From: Acidobacteriota bacterium
GTDB lineage: Bacteria; Acidobacteriota; Vicinamibacteria; Fen-336
Assembly (NCBI GenBank): GCA_003223555.1
Contig: QHVM01000086.1
Coordinates: 4,596 to 68,595 of the forward strand
Reading direction: 5' to 3'
DNA: 64,000 nt
Shown: positions 18,872-27,316 of the stretch, piece by piece
Layout of the letters: every line of letters begins with the position of its first letter
Numbering within the stretch: the first letter of the stretch is position 1
Notes under the pieces: model-generated
Databases searched by the model: none
What the model was told of the DNA's origin: nothing
What the model saw: only the letters and a program-made list of their open reading frames with translations
Translations under genes and position numbers: made by a program

Positions 18872-20452
18872 ATGGGTGTCGCGGTCGGGAACCTCCTCCT
18901 TCTGGCTGCGGTGTCGGCGGCGGGCCCCACCCGCGCGGGCCGGCTCAGCGCCGACGTCTGGGCGACCGATCACGACCGGATCCTGCGCATCGCCGATCCA
19001 GCCCTCGGCGAGGCGCCGGTCACCGTGACCGCCGCGTCGTCGCCGCGGAGCGCCGGGGGACCTCACGACTACTTCTCCGAGGCCGACTACTGGTGGCCGG
19101 ACCCCGCGAACCCCGGCGGCCCCTACATCCAGCGCGACGGCATGAGCAACCCCGACAACTTCGACGACCACCGCAAGGCGATGCGCCGGCTGAGCGTGGC
19201 GGTCCCCGCCCTGGTCGCGGCCTGGAAGCTGACCGGGCAGCCGCGCTATGCCGAGCAGGCCGTGCGGCACCTGAGGGCGTGGTTCGTGGACGAGGCGACC
19301 CGGATGAGCCCGCACCTGCACTACGCGCAGGCCATCCATGGCCGGGTGACCGGGCGCGGCACCGGGATCATCGACACGCTCCACCTCGTGGAGGTGGCGC
19401 GGGCGGTCGAGTGGCTCGATGCCGCGCCGTCCTTCGACGCGGGCATGCGCGCGGGCGTGCGCGGCTGGTTCGCCGACTACCTCCGCTGGATGACCACCGA
19501 CAAGAACGGGATCGAGGAGCGCGACGCGAAGAACAACCACGGCACGTGCTGGGTCCTGCAGGTGGCCGCCTTTGCCCGTGTCACGGGCGATCGCCAGCTC
19601 ATGGACTACTGCCGGAACCGCTTCCGGACCGTCCTCCTGCCGAACCAGATGGCCGCCGATGGCAGCTTCCCGGAGGAGCTGCGCCGGACGAAGCCCTACG
19701 GCTACTCGCTCTTCAACCTGGAGGCGCTGGCCGGGATCGCCCAGCTCCTGTCGACGCCGTCCCGGGGCCGCGAAGCGGACGATTTGTGGGCCTTCACGCT
19801 GCCCGACGGCCGCGGCATGCGGCGCGCCATGCAGTTCATGGTGCCGTACATCCGGGACAAGAAGAGCTGGCCGCGCCCGCCCGACGTGATGTACGACCGC
19901 GAGTGGCCCATGCGCCAGGCCAGCCTGCTCTTCGCCGGCCTGGCTCTCTCCGAGCCGGGCTACGTCGAGCTGTGGCGCAAGCTGCCCGCCGATTCGGACG
20001 TGGACGAGGTGATCCGAAACTTCTTCATCCGGCAGCCGGCGCTGTGGCTGGACGGACCGGCCCTGTCCCGGGGGGAGTGGGGTGCGCCCGTAGTCACGGT
20101 GACTCAGGCGGGCGAGAAGTGGACGATCGCCGGGCAGCGCCAGCGGGTCGTGTTCGACGCCGCGGATCTCTCGATCCGCGTGGACGCGGGGGCGGCGCAG
20201 TGGCGGATGCAGTCCTCGGCCCCGGGCGACCTGCAGGCGCGGGCCGAGGGCAAGACACTCTCCCTCCGGCGGCGGACGCTGAGGCTGCCGCTCACGTTCC
20301 TGGGCAAGGGGCGCTACCATGCCACGCTCGGGAGGGACGATCCGGTGAACGGAGCGGCCGTCCAGCTCGAGCCGCGGGAGCTGACCCGGCAGGACTTCAT
20401 CGATGTGCCGCTCCGCGACGGGGGCGGCTTCATCGCCCGGCGGGCACGGTAG
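18872..20452 (+). CDS. alginate-lyase-fold polysaccharide lyase-like protein (secreted), with a heterologous-looking C-terminal tail
   Basis: Signal-like start MGVAVGNLLLLAAVSAAG (alternative starts at 18788 and 18848). The DYWWPDP.., KNNHGTCWVLQVAAFA and FPEELRRTKPYGYSLFNLEAL segments resemble the Alginate_lyase (PF05426-type) fold as I remember it. The last ~55 aa resemble a GH97 C-terminus. Confidence 0.6.
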   Translation: MGVAVGNLLLLAAVSAAGPTRAGRLSADVWATDHDRILRIADPALGEAPVTVTAASSPRSAGGPHDYFSEADYWWPDPANPGGPYIQRDGMSNPDNFDDHRKAMRRLSVAVPALVAAWKLTGQPRYAEQAVRHLRAWFVDEATRMSPHLHYAQAIHGRVTGRGTGIIDTLHLVEVARAVEWLDAAPSFDAGMRAGVRGWFADYLRWMTTDKNGIEERDAKNNHGTCWVLQVAAFARVTGDRQLMDYCRNRFRTVLLPNQMAADGSFPEELRRTKPYGYSLFNLEALAGIAQLLSTPSRGREADDLWAFTLPDGRGMRRAMQFMVPYIRDKKSWPRPPDVMYDREWPMRQASLLFAGLALSEPGYVELWRKLPADSDVDEVIRNFFIRQPALWLDGPALSRGEWGAPVVTVTQAGEKWTIAGQRQRVVFDAADLSIRVDAGAAQWRMQSSAPGDLQARAEGKTLSLRRRTLRLPLTFLGKGRYHATLGRDDPVNGAAVQLEPRELTRQDFIDVPLRDGGGFIARRAR

Positions 20453-20457
20453 GAGCA

Positions 20458-21228
20458 ATGTTCCGGCTCGACGGCAAGGTCGCCGCGGTGACGGGGGCCG
20501 GCTCCGGCATCGGCGAGGCGATCGCCCGGCTCTTCGCCGGCCAGGGCGCGGTCGTCCAGGCCCTGGACGTCGACGAGCGGGCGGCCTGCGCCACCGCGGA
20601 GAGGATCACCCGGGAGGGCGGCCGCGCCGACGCCCGCCACTGCGACGTCGGCGATGCGGCCGGCGTCCAGGCCGTGTTCGCCGCGATCGCCGGAGAGCGC
20701 GGCCGGCTCGACATCCTGGTCAACAATGCCGGCATCGCCCACGTGGGCACCATCGAGACCACCGCCGAGGCCGACTTCGACCGCGTTTTCCGCGTCAACG
20801 TCAAGGGGATCTATCTCTGCGCGCAGGCGGGCGTGCGGCAGATGCTGAAGCAGGGCGGGGGGGTGATCCTCAACATGGCGTCCACCGCCGCCCACGTCGG
20901 CATCCCCGACCGCTTCGCCTACTCGATGAGCAAGGGCGCCGTGCACACGATGACCATGTCGATCGCCGCCGATTACGTGAAGAAGAACATCCGCTGCAAC
21001 TGCATCTCTCCCGCGCGGGTCCACACGCCGTTCGTGGACGGCTACCTCGCCAAGAACTATCCGGGCCGCGAGGAGGAGATGTTCCGGACGCTCTCCGAGG
21101 CCCAGCCCATCGGCCGGATGGGCCGGCCGGACGAGGTGGCGGCCCTGGCCCTCTACCTCTGCTCGGACGAGGCGTCGTTCGTCACCGGTCACGCCTATCC
21201 CATCGACGGAGGAGTGCTGGCGACATGA
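20458..21228 (+). CDS. SDR oxidoreductase (candidate 2-keto-3-deoxy-L-fuconate 4-dehydrogenase)
   Basis: TGAGSGIG, NNAG and YSMSKGAV (YxxxK) motifs. It is translationally coupled to the FAH-family gene downstream. The pathway role is inferred from context. Confidence 0.85.
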   Translation: MFRLDGKVAAVTGAGSGIGEAIARLFAGQGAVVQALDVDERAACATAERITREGGRADARHCDVGDAAGVQAVFAAIAGERGRLDILVNNAGIAHVGTIETTAEADFDRVFRVNVKGIYLCAQAGVRQMLKQGGGVILNMASTAAHVGIPDRFAYSMSKGAVHTMTMSIAADYVKKNIRCNCISPARVHTPFVDGYLAKNYPGREEEMFRTLSEAQPIGRMGRPDEVAALALYLCSDEASFVTGHAYPIDGGVLAT

Positions 21229-22082
21229 AGCTCATCCGTTTCGGCGAGCCGGGACGGGAGAAGCCCGGCGTGGCGCTCCCGGACGGGACGCGCGTGGACG
21301 TCTCCGCCGCGGTCCCGGACTTCGACGAGGGCTTCTTCGGCGGCGACGGTCTGGCCCGGCTCGCCGCGTGGCTGGAGAAGAACGGGGACAAGGCCCCCCT
21401 GGTGCGGCGCGGGGAGCGGCGGGGGCCGCCGATCCGCCGGCCGAGCAAGATCATCTGCGTCGGTCTCAACTTCCGCGACCATGCCGCGGAGACGGGAGCC
21501 GAGCTGCCGAAGGAGCCGGTCATCTTCTTCAAGTCCACGACGGCCCTCGTGGGGCCGAACGATCCGCTGGTGATGCCCCGCGGGGCGACCAAGGTGGACT
21601 GGGAGGTGGAGCTGGCGGTCGTGATCGGCAAGACCGCGCGCTACGTGACGGAGGCGCAGGCCTACGAGCACGTGGCCGGGTACGCGCTGCACAACGACTA
21701 CTCGGAGCGCAGCTTCCAGCTCGAGCGGGGCGGGCAGTGGGTCAAGGGCAAGAGCGCCGACACGTTCGCGCCGCTCGGGCCGTACCTGGCCACCCGGGAC
21801 GAGGTATCCGACCCCCATCGCCTGCCGATGTGGCTCAAGGTCAACGGCGCGTACCGGCAGCGTAGCACCACCGCGAACATGGTCTTCGGCGTGCCGGCGC
21901 TCGTCAGCTACCTGAGCCAGTTCATGACGCTGCTGCCGGGTGACCTCATCAGCACCGGCACGCCGGCCGGCGTGGGCCTGGGCATGAAGCCGCAGCCCGT
22001 GTACTTGAAGCCGGGCGACGTCGTCGAGCTGGGCATCGAGGGCCTGGACGAGCAGCGACAGGAAGTGGTGCCTTCCCGGTGA
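21225..22082 (+). CDS. fumarylacetoacetate hydrolase family protein (candidate 2,4-diketo-3-deoxy-L-fuconate hydrolase)
   Basis: FAH-fold motifs: KIICVGLNFRDHAAE, VDWEVELAVVIGK, GKSADTF and STGTPAGVG. It has an ATGA overlap with the upstream SDR. Confidence 0.85.
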   Translation: MKLIRFGEPGREKPGVALPDGTRVDVSAAVPDFDEGFFGGDGLARLAAWLEKNGDKAPLVRRGERRGPPIRRPSKIICVGLNFRDHAAETGAELPKEPVIFFKSTTALVGPNDPLVMPRGATKVDWEVELAVVIGKTARYVTEAQAYEHVAGYALHNDYSERSFQLERGGQWVKGKSADTFAPLGPYLATRDEVSDPHRLPMWLKVNGAYRQRSTTANMVFGVPALVSYLSQFMTLLPGDLISTGTPAGVGLGMKPQPVYLKPGDVVELGIEGLDEQRQEVVPSR

Positions 22083-22459
22083 CGCGCTACGTGATGGCGG
22101 TCGACCTGAAGGATGACCCGCCGGGCATCGCCGAATACCGCCGCCACCACCGACGGATCTGGCCGGAGGTCCGCGACAGCCTGCGGCGGGTCGGCGTGCG
22201 GCGCATGGACATCTACCAGATCGAGCGCCGGCTGGTGATGGTCATGGACACCAGGGACGGCTTCGACCTCCGGCGCAGCTTCGCCGTCCATGCCGCGTCC
22301 CACCCGCGGTGCGCCGAGTGGGAGGAATTGATGAAGACCTTCCAGCAGGCGCCGCCCGGAGCGGCGCCGGGACGCCTCTGGACGCCGATGGTGCCGATCT
22401 TCCACCTCGAGCGCGGGCCGCGGTCCTCGCGAAAAGCCCGGCGGCGCCGCTCCCGATGA
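22079..22459 (+). CDS. L-rhamnose/L-fucose mutarotase family protein
   Basis: 126 aa. The segment LKDDPPGIAEYRRHHRRIWPEVRDSLRRVGVRRMDIY matches the RhaM-type mutarotase pattern. It has a GTGA overlap with the FAH gene. Confidence 0.8.
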   Translation: MTRYVMAVDLKDDPPGIAEYRRHHRRIWPEVRDSLRRVGVRRMDIYQIERRLVMVMDTRDGFDLRRSFAVHAASHPRCAEWEELMKTFQQAPPGAAPGRLWTPMVPIFHLERGPRSSRKARRRRSR

Positions 22460-23190
22460 GCGATCCGGTCCAGCTCTTCCACACCTGCCTCGTCAACGAG
22501 ATCGGCCCCGAGGTGGGGATGGCCGCCGTCCGCCTGCTGGAGCGGCTGGGGCACCCGGTAGGCGTCCCTCTCGACCAGACCTGCTGCGGGCAGCCCGCCT
22601 ACAATGCCGGCTTCCACGACGAGGCCCGCTCCGCCGCGCGGCACATGCTGCGGGTGCTGTCGGCGACGGAGGGCGTCATCGTCATACCGTCAGGCTCCTG
22701 CGCCGACATGCTGGTGCACCAGTACGAGCTGCTGTTCCGCGACGAGGCCGAGTGGCGCGAGAAGGCCCATGCGATCGCCGGCCGCTGCCGGGAGCTGAGC
22801 CAGCTCCTGGCCGAGGAATGGCCGCGGATGCCGGCCGGGGCGCGCCTGAGGGCGCGCGTCGCGTATCACCCGTCCTGCCACCTGCTGCGGGGCCTGGGCG
22901 TGCGCGACGCGCCCCTCGAACTGTTGCGCGCGGTGGAGGGCGTGACGCTGGCGGAGGTCGAGGATCAGGAAGAGTGCTGCGGCTTCGGCGGGCTCTTCTC
23001 GGTGAAGCAGCCCGAGATCTCCGGCCGCATGCTGGAGCGCAAGCTGGCCGCCGTCGCGGCCTCGGGCGCCGACCGCCTGGTGAGCTGCGACCTCGGCTGC
23101 CTCATGCACCTGGCGGGCGGGCTCCGGCGACAGGGCGTGGGCCTCGCGGTCCAGCATCTGGCCGAGCTGCTCGACGAGGCGCTGCCTTGA
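22456..23190 (+). CDS. lutA: lactate utilization protein A, (Fe-S)-binding CCG-domain oxidoreductase
   Basis: Two CCG motifs (DQTCCGQPAYNAG and EECCGFGGLFS) and length fit LutA. It has an ATGA overlap with the mutarotase gene. Confidence 0.85.
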   Translation: MSDPVQLFHTCLVNEIGPEVGMAAVRLLERLGHPVGVPLDQTCCGQPAYNAGFHDEARSAARHMLRVLSATEGVIVIPSGSCADMLVHQYELLFRDEAEWREKAHAIAGRCRELSQLLAEEWPRMPAGARLRARVAYHPSCHLLRGLGVRDAPLELLRAVEGVTLAEVEDQEECCGFGGLFSVKQPEISGRMLERKLAAVAASGADRLVSCDLGCLMHLAGGLRRQGVGLAVQHLAELLDEALP

Positions 23191-24761
23191 GCGCGGTCCC
23201 CCCCTTCGTCGAGCGCGTACGCTCGGCGCTCGGCGACGAACGGCTCCACGTGGCGCTGGGCCGGGCGACCGAGGCGCTGCGCTCGCGCCGCGCGAGCGCC
23301 TTCGCCTCGCTGGAAGACTCGGACCGGGTGCGCGACCTCGCCCGGAAGGCCAAGCTGGAGGTGCTGGCCGACCTCGCCTCGCAGCTCCAGCGCTTCGAGG
23401 AGCGCCTCGTCGCCAACGGCGTCGAGGTCCACTGGGCGGAGACCGGCGAGGAGGCCAACCGGCTGGTCCTGGAGATCGCCCGGCGGCACGGGGTGAAGCG
23501 CATCGTCAAGTCGAAGTCCATGGCGACCGAGGAGACGCACCTGAACCACGCGCTGGAGCGGGCGGGGATGGACGTCGTCGAGACCGACCTCGGCGAGTAC
23601 ATCGTCCAGCTCAACCAGGACCGGCCCTCGCACATCATCCTTCCGATCATCCACCTGACGCGCGAGGACGTGGGAGCGGTCATGCACCGGCGCATCCAGG
23701 TGCCGCTCTCCGACGATCCCCGGACGCTGGCCGGCTTCGCCCGCGCCAAGCTGCGCGAGGAGTTCCTGCGGGCCGACATGGGGATCACCGGGGCCAACTT
23801 CGGCGTCGTGGAGACGGGGACGATCTGCCTGGTGACCAACGAAGGCAACGGCCGCATGGTGACGACGCTGCCCCGCGTGCACGTCGCGGTGATGGGGATC
23901 GAGAAGCTGGTGCCGACGCTGGAGGACCTCGACCTCTTCCTGAGGCTGCTGGCCCGGTCGGCCACCGGGCAGAAGATCACGACCTACACCACCCTGCTCC
24001 GGGGCCCCCGGCGGCCCGGCGACGAGTGCGGCCCAGAGGCGATGCACGTCATCCTGCTCGACAACGGCCGGAGCCGGCTCCTGGCCGGCGACGACGCCGA
24101 GATCCTGGGCTGCATCCGTTGCGGGGCCTGCCTGAACGCGTGCCCGATCTACAAGAGCATCGGCGGCCACGCCTACGGCGATACCTACCCTGGCCCGGTG
24201 GGGGCGATCGTCACTCCGGGGCTGCGCGGGTTGCACGGCTGGAGCGAGCTGCCCGCGGCCAGCACGCTCTGCGGCGCGTGCCGTGACGTCTGCCCGGTGC
24301 GGCTCGACATCCCGCGGATGCTTCTCGGCCTGCGCCGGGAGACCGTGCGTACCGAGAAGACGCCGCTCGGCCTGCGGCTGGGCCTGAAGGCCTTCGGCTG
24401 GATCGCCCCGCGGCCGAAGCTGTACCGCGCCGCCGCCGCCGCCGCCCGCCGGCTGGTGCGCGCGCGGGCCCGCGAGGGCTGGGTGCGGCGGCTCCCGGGC
24501 CTGGGTGGAGGCTGGACGCAGGCGAGGGACCTCCGGGCCCCCGCCGCGACCACGTTTCAAGAGCAGTGGACCCACAGACAACAGACGGCGCGAGCGACGG
24601 GATCCACTCCCGGCGCGAGCGCGGGGGGTGCGGGGGGTGCGGGCGTGCGTCGCCAGCAAGCCCACAAGCCAGAAGCTGCGAGCGGAGCGGGATTGACTCC
24701 CGCGGAGCGAGCGGGGGGTCCGGGGGGTGCGGCGCAGCACCCCCCGGCTCGAAGAAGATGA
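23187..24761 (+). CDS. lutB: lactate utilization protein B (4Fe-4S iron-sulfur protein), with a C-terminus extended through repeat copies
   Basis: TTG start overlapping the lutA stop. LUD-type domain (GITGANFGVVETGTICLVTNEGNGRM) and ferredoxin cysteines (CIRCGACLNACP, CGACRDVCP). The final ~65 codons read through repeat DNA. Confidence 0.85.
   Translation: MSAVPPFVERVRSALGDERLHVALGRATEALRSRRASAFASLEDSDRVRDLARKAKLEVLADLASQLQRFEERLVANGVEVHWAETGEEANRLVLEIARRHGVKRIVKSKSMATEETHLNHALERAGMDVVETDLGEYIVQLNQDRPSHIILPIIHLTREDVGAVMHRRIQVPLSDDPRTLAGFARAKLREEFLRADMGITGANFGVVETGTICLVTNEGNGRMVTTLPRVHVAVMGIEKLVPTLEDLDLFLRLLARSATGQKITTYTTLLRGPRRPGDECGPEAMHVILLDNGRSRLLAGDDAEILGCIRCGACLNACPIYKSIGGHAYGDTYPGPVGAIVTPGLRGLHGWSELPAASTLCGACRDVCPVRLDIPRMLLGLRRETVRTEKTPLGLRLGLKAFGWIAPRPKLYRAAAAAARRLVRARAREGWVRRLPGLGGGWTQARDLRAPAATTFQEQWTHRQQTARATGSTPGASAGGAGGAGVRRQQAHKPEAASGAGLTPAERAGGPGGAAQHPPARRR
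24590..24657 (+). repeat. double-hairpin intergenic repeat, degenerate copy A1
   Basis: GCGAGCGACGGGATCCACTCCCGGCGCGAGCGCGGGGGGTGCGGGGGGTGCG... Hairpin 1 is retained (CGGGA-TCCAC-TCCCG). The 3' arm of hairpin 2 has decayed. Confidence 0.6.
24678..24754 (+). repeat. double-hairpin intergenic repeat, copy A2
   Basis: GCGAGCGGAGCGGGATTGACTCCCGCGGAGCGAGCGGGGGGTCCGGGGGGTGCGGCGCAGCACCCCCCGGCTCGAAG. It ends 3 nt before the lutC ATG. Confidence 0.85.
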
Positions 24762-25387
24762 CTGCGCGCGAGAGCATCCTCTCCCGCGTCGCCGCGGCCC
24801 AGCGCACGGCGCGGCTGCCTGCCCGGCCGGTGGCGGAGCCGATGGCGGCGGCCACGCGCAGCCGGTCGCACTGCCTGGAGCGCTTCGGCCAGGAGCTGGC
24901 GGCCCTGGGCGTGGGCTGCCACGTCGAGACGACCGCCGAGGCCGTCCGCGAGCGCGTTCGTTGCCTGGTCGAAGGCCAGCGCGTCCTGAGCTGGGACGCC
25001 GAGCACCTGCCGTACGAAGCGGGAGCCGTGCTCACGGCCGCCAGCCGCGGATCGAGCCCGCGCGCGGAGCAGGCGGCGGCCGAGGTGGGAGTGACCGGCT
25101 GCGATGGCGCGATCGCCGAGACCGGCACGCTCGCGCTCCTCTCGGGGCGCGGGCGCTCGCGCGCGGTCTCGCTCCTGCCGCCCGTGCACGTGGCCATCGT
25201 GAGGCCGGAAGACCTCTGCTTCAGCATGGGCGAGTTCTTCGCCCGCCACGGCGCGCGCATGAGCCAGGAGCCCTCCTGCACGTTCGTCACCGGCCCCAGC
25301 CGGACGGCCGACATCGAGCTGACGCTGACCCTCGGCGTGCACGGCCCCGGCCGGGTCGTCGTCGTCATCGGCCCCGAACCGGCATGA
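24758..25387 (+). CDS. lutC: lactate utilization protein C (LUD domain)
   Basis: MTARESILSRV.. start with an ATGA overlap with the lutB stop. The segments GVTGCDGAIAETGTLAL and PPVHVAIV match LutC/YkgG. Confidence 0.8.
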   Translation: MTARESILSRVAAAQRTARLPARPVAEPMAAATRSRSHCLERFGQELAALGVGCHVETTAEAVRERVRCLVEGQRVLSWDAEHLPYEAGAVLTAASRGSSPRAEQAAAEVGVTGCDGAIAETGTLALLSGRGRSRAVSLLPPVHVAIVRPEDLCFSMGEFFARHGARMSQEPSCTFVTGPSRTADIELTLTLGVHGPGRVVVVIGPEPA

Positions 25388-25396
25388 GCAACAGGA

Positions 25397-25472
25397 GCGA
25401 GCGGAGCGGGATTCACTCCCGCGCAGCGAGCGGGGGGTCTGGGGGGTGCGACGCAGCACCCCCCAGCTCAAC
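25397..25472 (+). repeat. double-hairpin intergenic repeat, copy B
   Basis: GCGAGCGGAGCGGGATTCACTCCCGCGCAGCGAGCGGGGGGTCTGGGGGGTGCGACGCAGCACCCCCCAGCTCAAC, lying between lutC and the amidohydrolase gene. Confidence 0.85.
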
Positions 25473-25478
25473 AAGGGG

Positions 25479-26327
25479 ATGAAGGTCGACTCTCACCAGC
25501 ACTTCTGGAAGTACGAACCGCGCGAGTACGCCTGGATCGTCGAGAGCATGGGCGCGCTCAAGCGCGACTTCCTGCCCGCCGACCTCCAGCCCGAGATGGC
25601 GCGGGCGGGCGTGGCGGCCTGCGTGGCCGTCCAGGCCCGCTCGACCCTCGAGGAGACCGCGTGGCTGCTCGAGCTGGCCGATCGCCATCCCTTCGTCGCC
25701 GGCGTCGTGGGCTGGGTCGACCTCCGCTCGCCGGAGGCGCGCGCGCAACTCCAGCGCTTCGCGGCCCACCCGCGCCTCGTCGGCATCCGGCACATCGTCC
25801 AGGACGAGCCCGACGACCGCTTCCTTCTCCGCCCCGACTTCCTCCGCGGGATCGGCCTCCTGGAGGAGTTCGGCCTGGCCTACGACATCCTCATCTACCC
25901 GCGCCACCTGCAGGTCGCCACGGACCTCGTGCGGATGTTCCCGCGGCAGCGCTTCGTGCTCGACCACCTGGCCAAGCCCCGGATCCGAGCGGGTGAGGTC
26001 ACGGCGTGGGCGGGCGCCCTGTCGGCGCTGGCCCGCCAGCCCCACGTGATGGGCAAGCTGTCCGGCCTCGTGACCGAGGCGGATGGGCAGGGCTGGCAGC
26101 CCGAGCAGATCCGTCCCTACCTGGACATCGCCTTCGAATGCTTCGGGGCCGACCGGCTCATGATCGGGTCCGACTGGCCGGTGTGCACGCTCGCCGCGGA
26201 CTACGGGCGCACGCTGGGGCTGGTGACCGAGTACCTCGAGGGACGGCCGCCGGCGGAGCGCGACGCCGTGCTGGGAGGCAACGCGCAGAGGTTCTGGAAC
26301 CTCCAGGTCAAGGAGCACAGCCCATGA
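25479..26327 (+). CDS. amidohydrolase-2 family lactonase (candidate L-fucono-1,5-lactonase)
   Basis: MKVDSHQHFW start (metal-binding HxH), internal VLDHLAKP, and C-terminal GSDWPV. It resembles the amidohydrolase-family sugar lactonases. Track ORF 25446 begins inside the repeat; the ATG at 25479 is preferred. Confidence 0.8.
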   Translation: MKVDSHQHFWKYEPREYAWIVESMGALKRDFLPADLQPEMARAGVAACVAVQARSTLEETAWLLELADRHPFVAGVVGWVDLRSPEARAQLQRFAAHPRLVGIRHIVQDEPDDRFLLRPDFLRGIGLLEEFGLAYDILIYPRHLQVATDLVRMFPRQRFVLDHLAKPRIRAGEVTAWAGALSALARQPHVMGKLSGLVTEADGQGWQPEQIRPYLDIAFECFGADRLMIGSDWPVCTLAADYGRTLGLVTEYLEGRPPAERDAVLGGNAQRFWNLQVKEHSP

Positions 26328-27316
26328 TGAAGAGTGCGGCGATGAGCGCGGCGGCGATGGCGCTGCTGGCGGGGCTGGCTGCGTGCGGCGGCCGGCGCGA
26401 GGCGGGGCGGACCACGATCGCCGTCATCCCCAAGGGCACGTCCCACGTGTTCTGGCAGAGCATCCACGCCGGAGCGGCGCGGGCCGCCGCGGAGCTGAAC
26501 GTCGACATCGTCTGGCGCGGCCCGCTCCGCGAGGACGACCGCGACTCGCAGGTCTCGGAGGTGGAGGACTTCGTCAGCCGGGGCGTGTCGGGCATCGTCC
26601 TGGCGCCGCTCGACGAGAGCGCGCTGGCGGTGCCGGTGGCGAGCGCCGTGCAGCGCGGCATCCCGGTGGTGATCATCGACTCGGGGCTCAAGGGGGAGGG
26701 CTACGTCAGCTTCGTGGCCACGGAAAACTACCAGGGAGGCCGGCTGGGAGGCGAGGAGCTGGCGAAGAGGCTGGGCGGCAAGGGCAAGGTGGTCCTGCTC
26801 CGCTACAGCGAAGGCTCGGACAGCACCAACAAGCGCGAGCAGGGCTTCCTGGACGCGATGAAGGCCAGCCCGGGCATCGAGGTCGTCAGCTCCAACCAGT
26901 ACGGCGGGGCCGATGTCGAGAGCGCCTACAAGAAGAGCGAGTCGCTCCTCAGCAACTACAAGAAAGCGGACGGGCTGGTGATCGACGGCATCTTCTGCCC
27001 CAACGAGTCGACCAGCTTCGGCATGCTGCGCGTGCTCCAGGACGACGGCTGGGCGGGCAAGGTCCGCTTCGTGGGCTTCGACAGCTCCGACAACCTGGCC
27101 AAGGGGCTCCACGACGGCCAGATCGACGCGCTCGTCCTGCAGGACCCCGTTCGCATGGGCTATCTCGGGGTCAAGACCATGGTCGCGCATCTCCAGGGCC
27201 AGCCGGTGGAGAAGCGCATCGACACCGGCGTCCACGTCGTCACGAAGGAGAACATGGACACCCCGGAGATGAAGGAGCTGGTGCACCCGGACCTGTCGAA
27301 ATGGCTGAAGCCGTAG
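26324..27316 (+). CDS. sugar ABC transporter substrate-binding lipoprotein (ribose/monosaccharide-binding family)
   Basis: Lipobox LLAGLAAC followed by a periplasmic-binding-protein type I fold (IAVIPKGTSHVFWQS, VVIIDS, FVGFDSS). It has an ATGA overlap with the amidohydrolase stop. Confidence 0.85.
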   Translation: MMKSAAMSAAAMALLAGLAACGGRREAGRTTIAVIPKGTSHVFWQSIHAGAARAAAELNVDIVWRGPLREDDRDSQVSEVEDFVSRGVSGIVLAPLDESALAVPVASAVQRGIPVVIIDSGLKGEGYVSFVATENYQGGRLGGEELAKRLGGKGKVVLLRYSEGSDSTNKREQGFLDAMKASPGIEVVSSNQYGGADVESAYKKSESLLSNYKKADGLVIDGIFCPNESTSFGMLRVLQDDGWAGKVRFVGFDSSDNLAKGLHDGQIDALVLQDPVRMGYLGVKTMVAHLQGQPVEKRIDTGVHVVTKENMDTPEMKELVHPDLSKWLKP

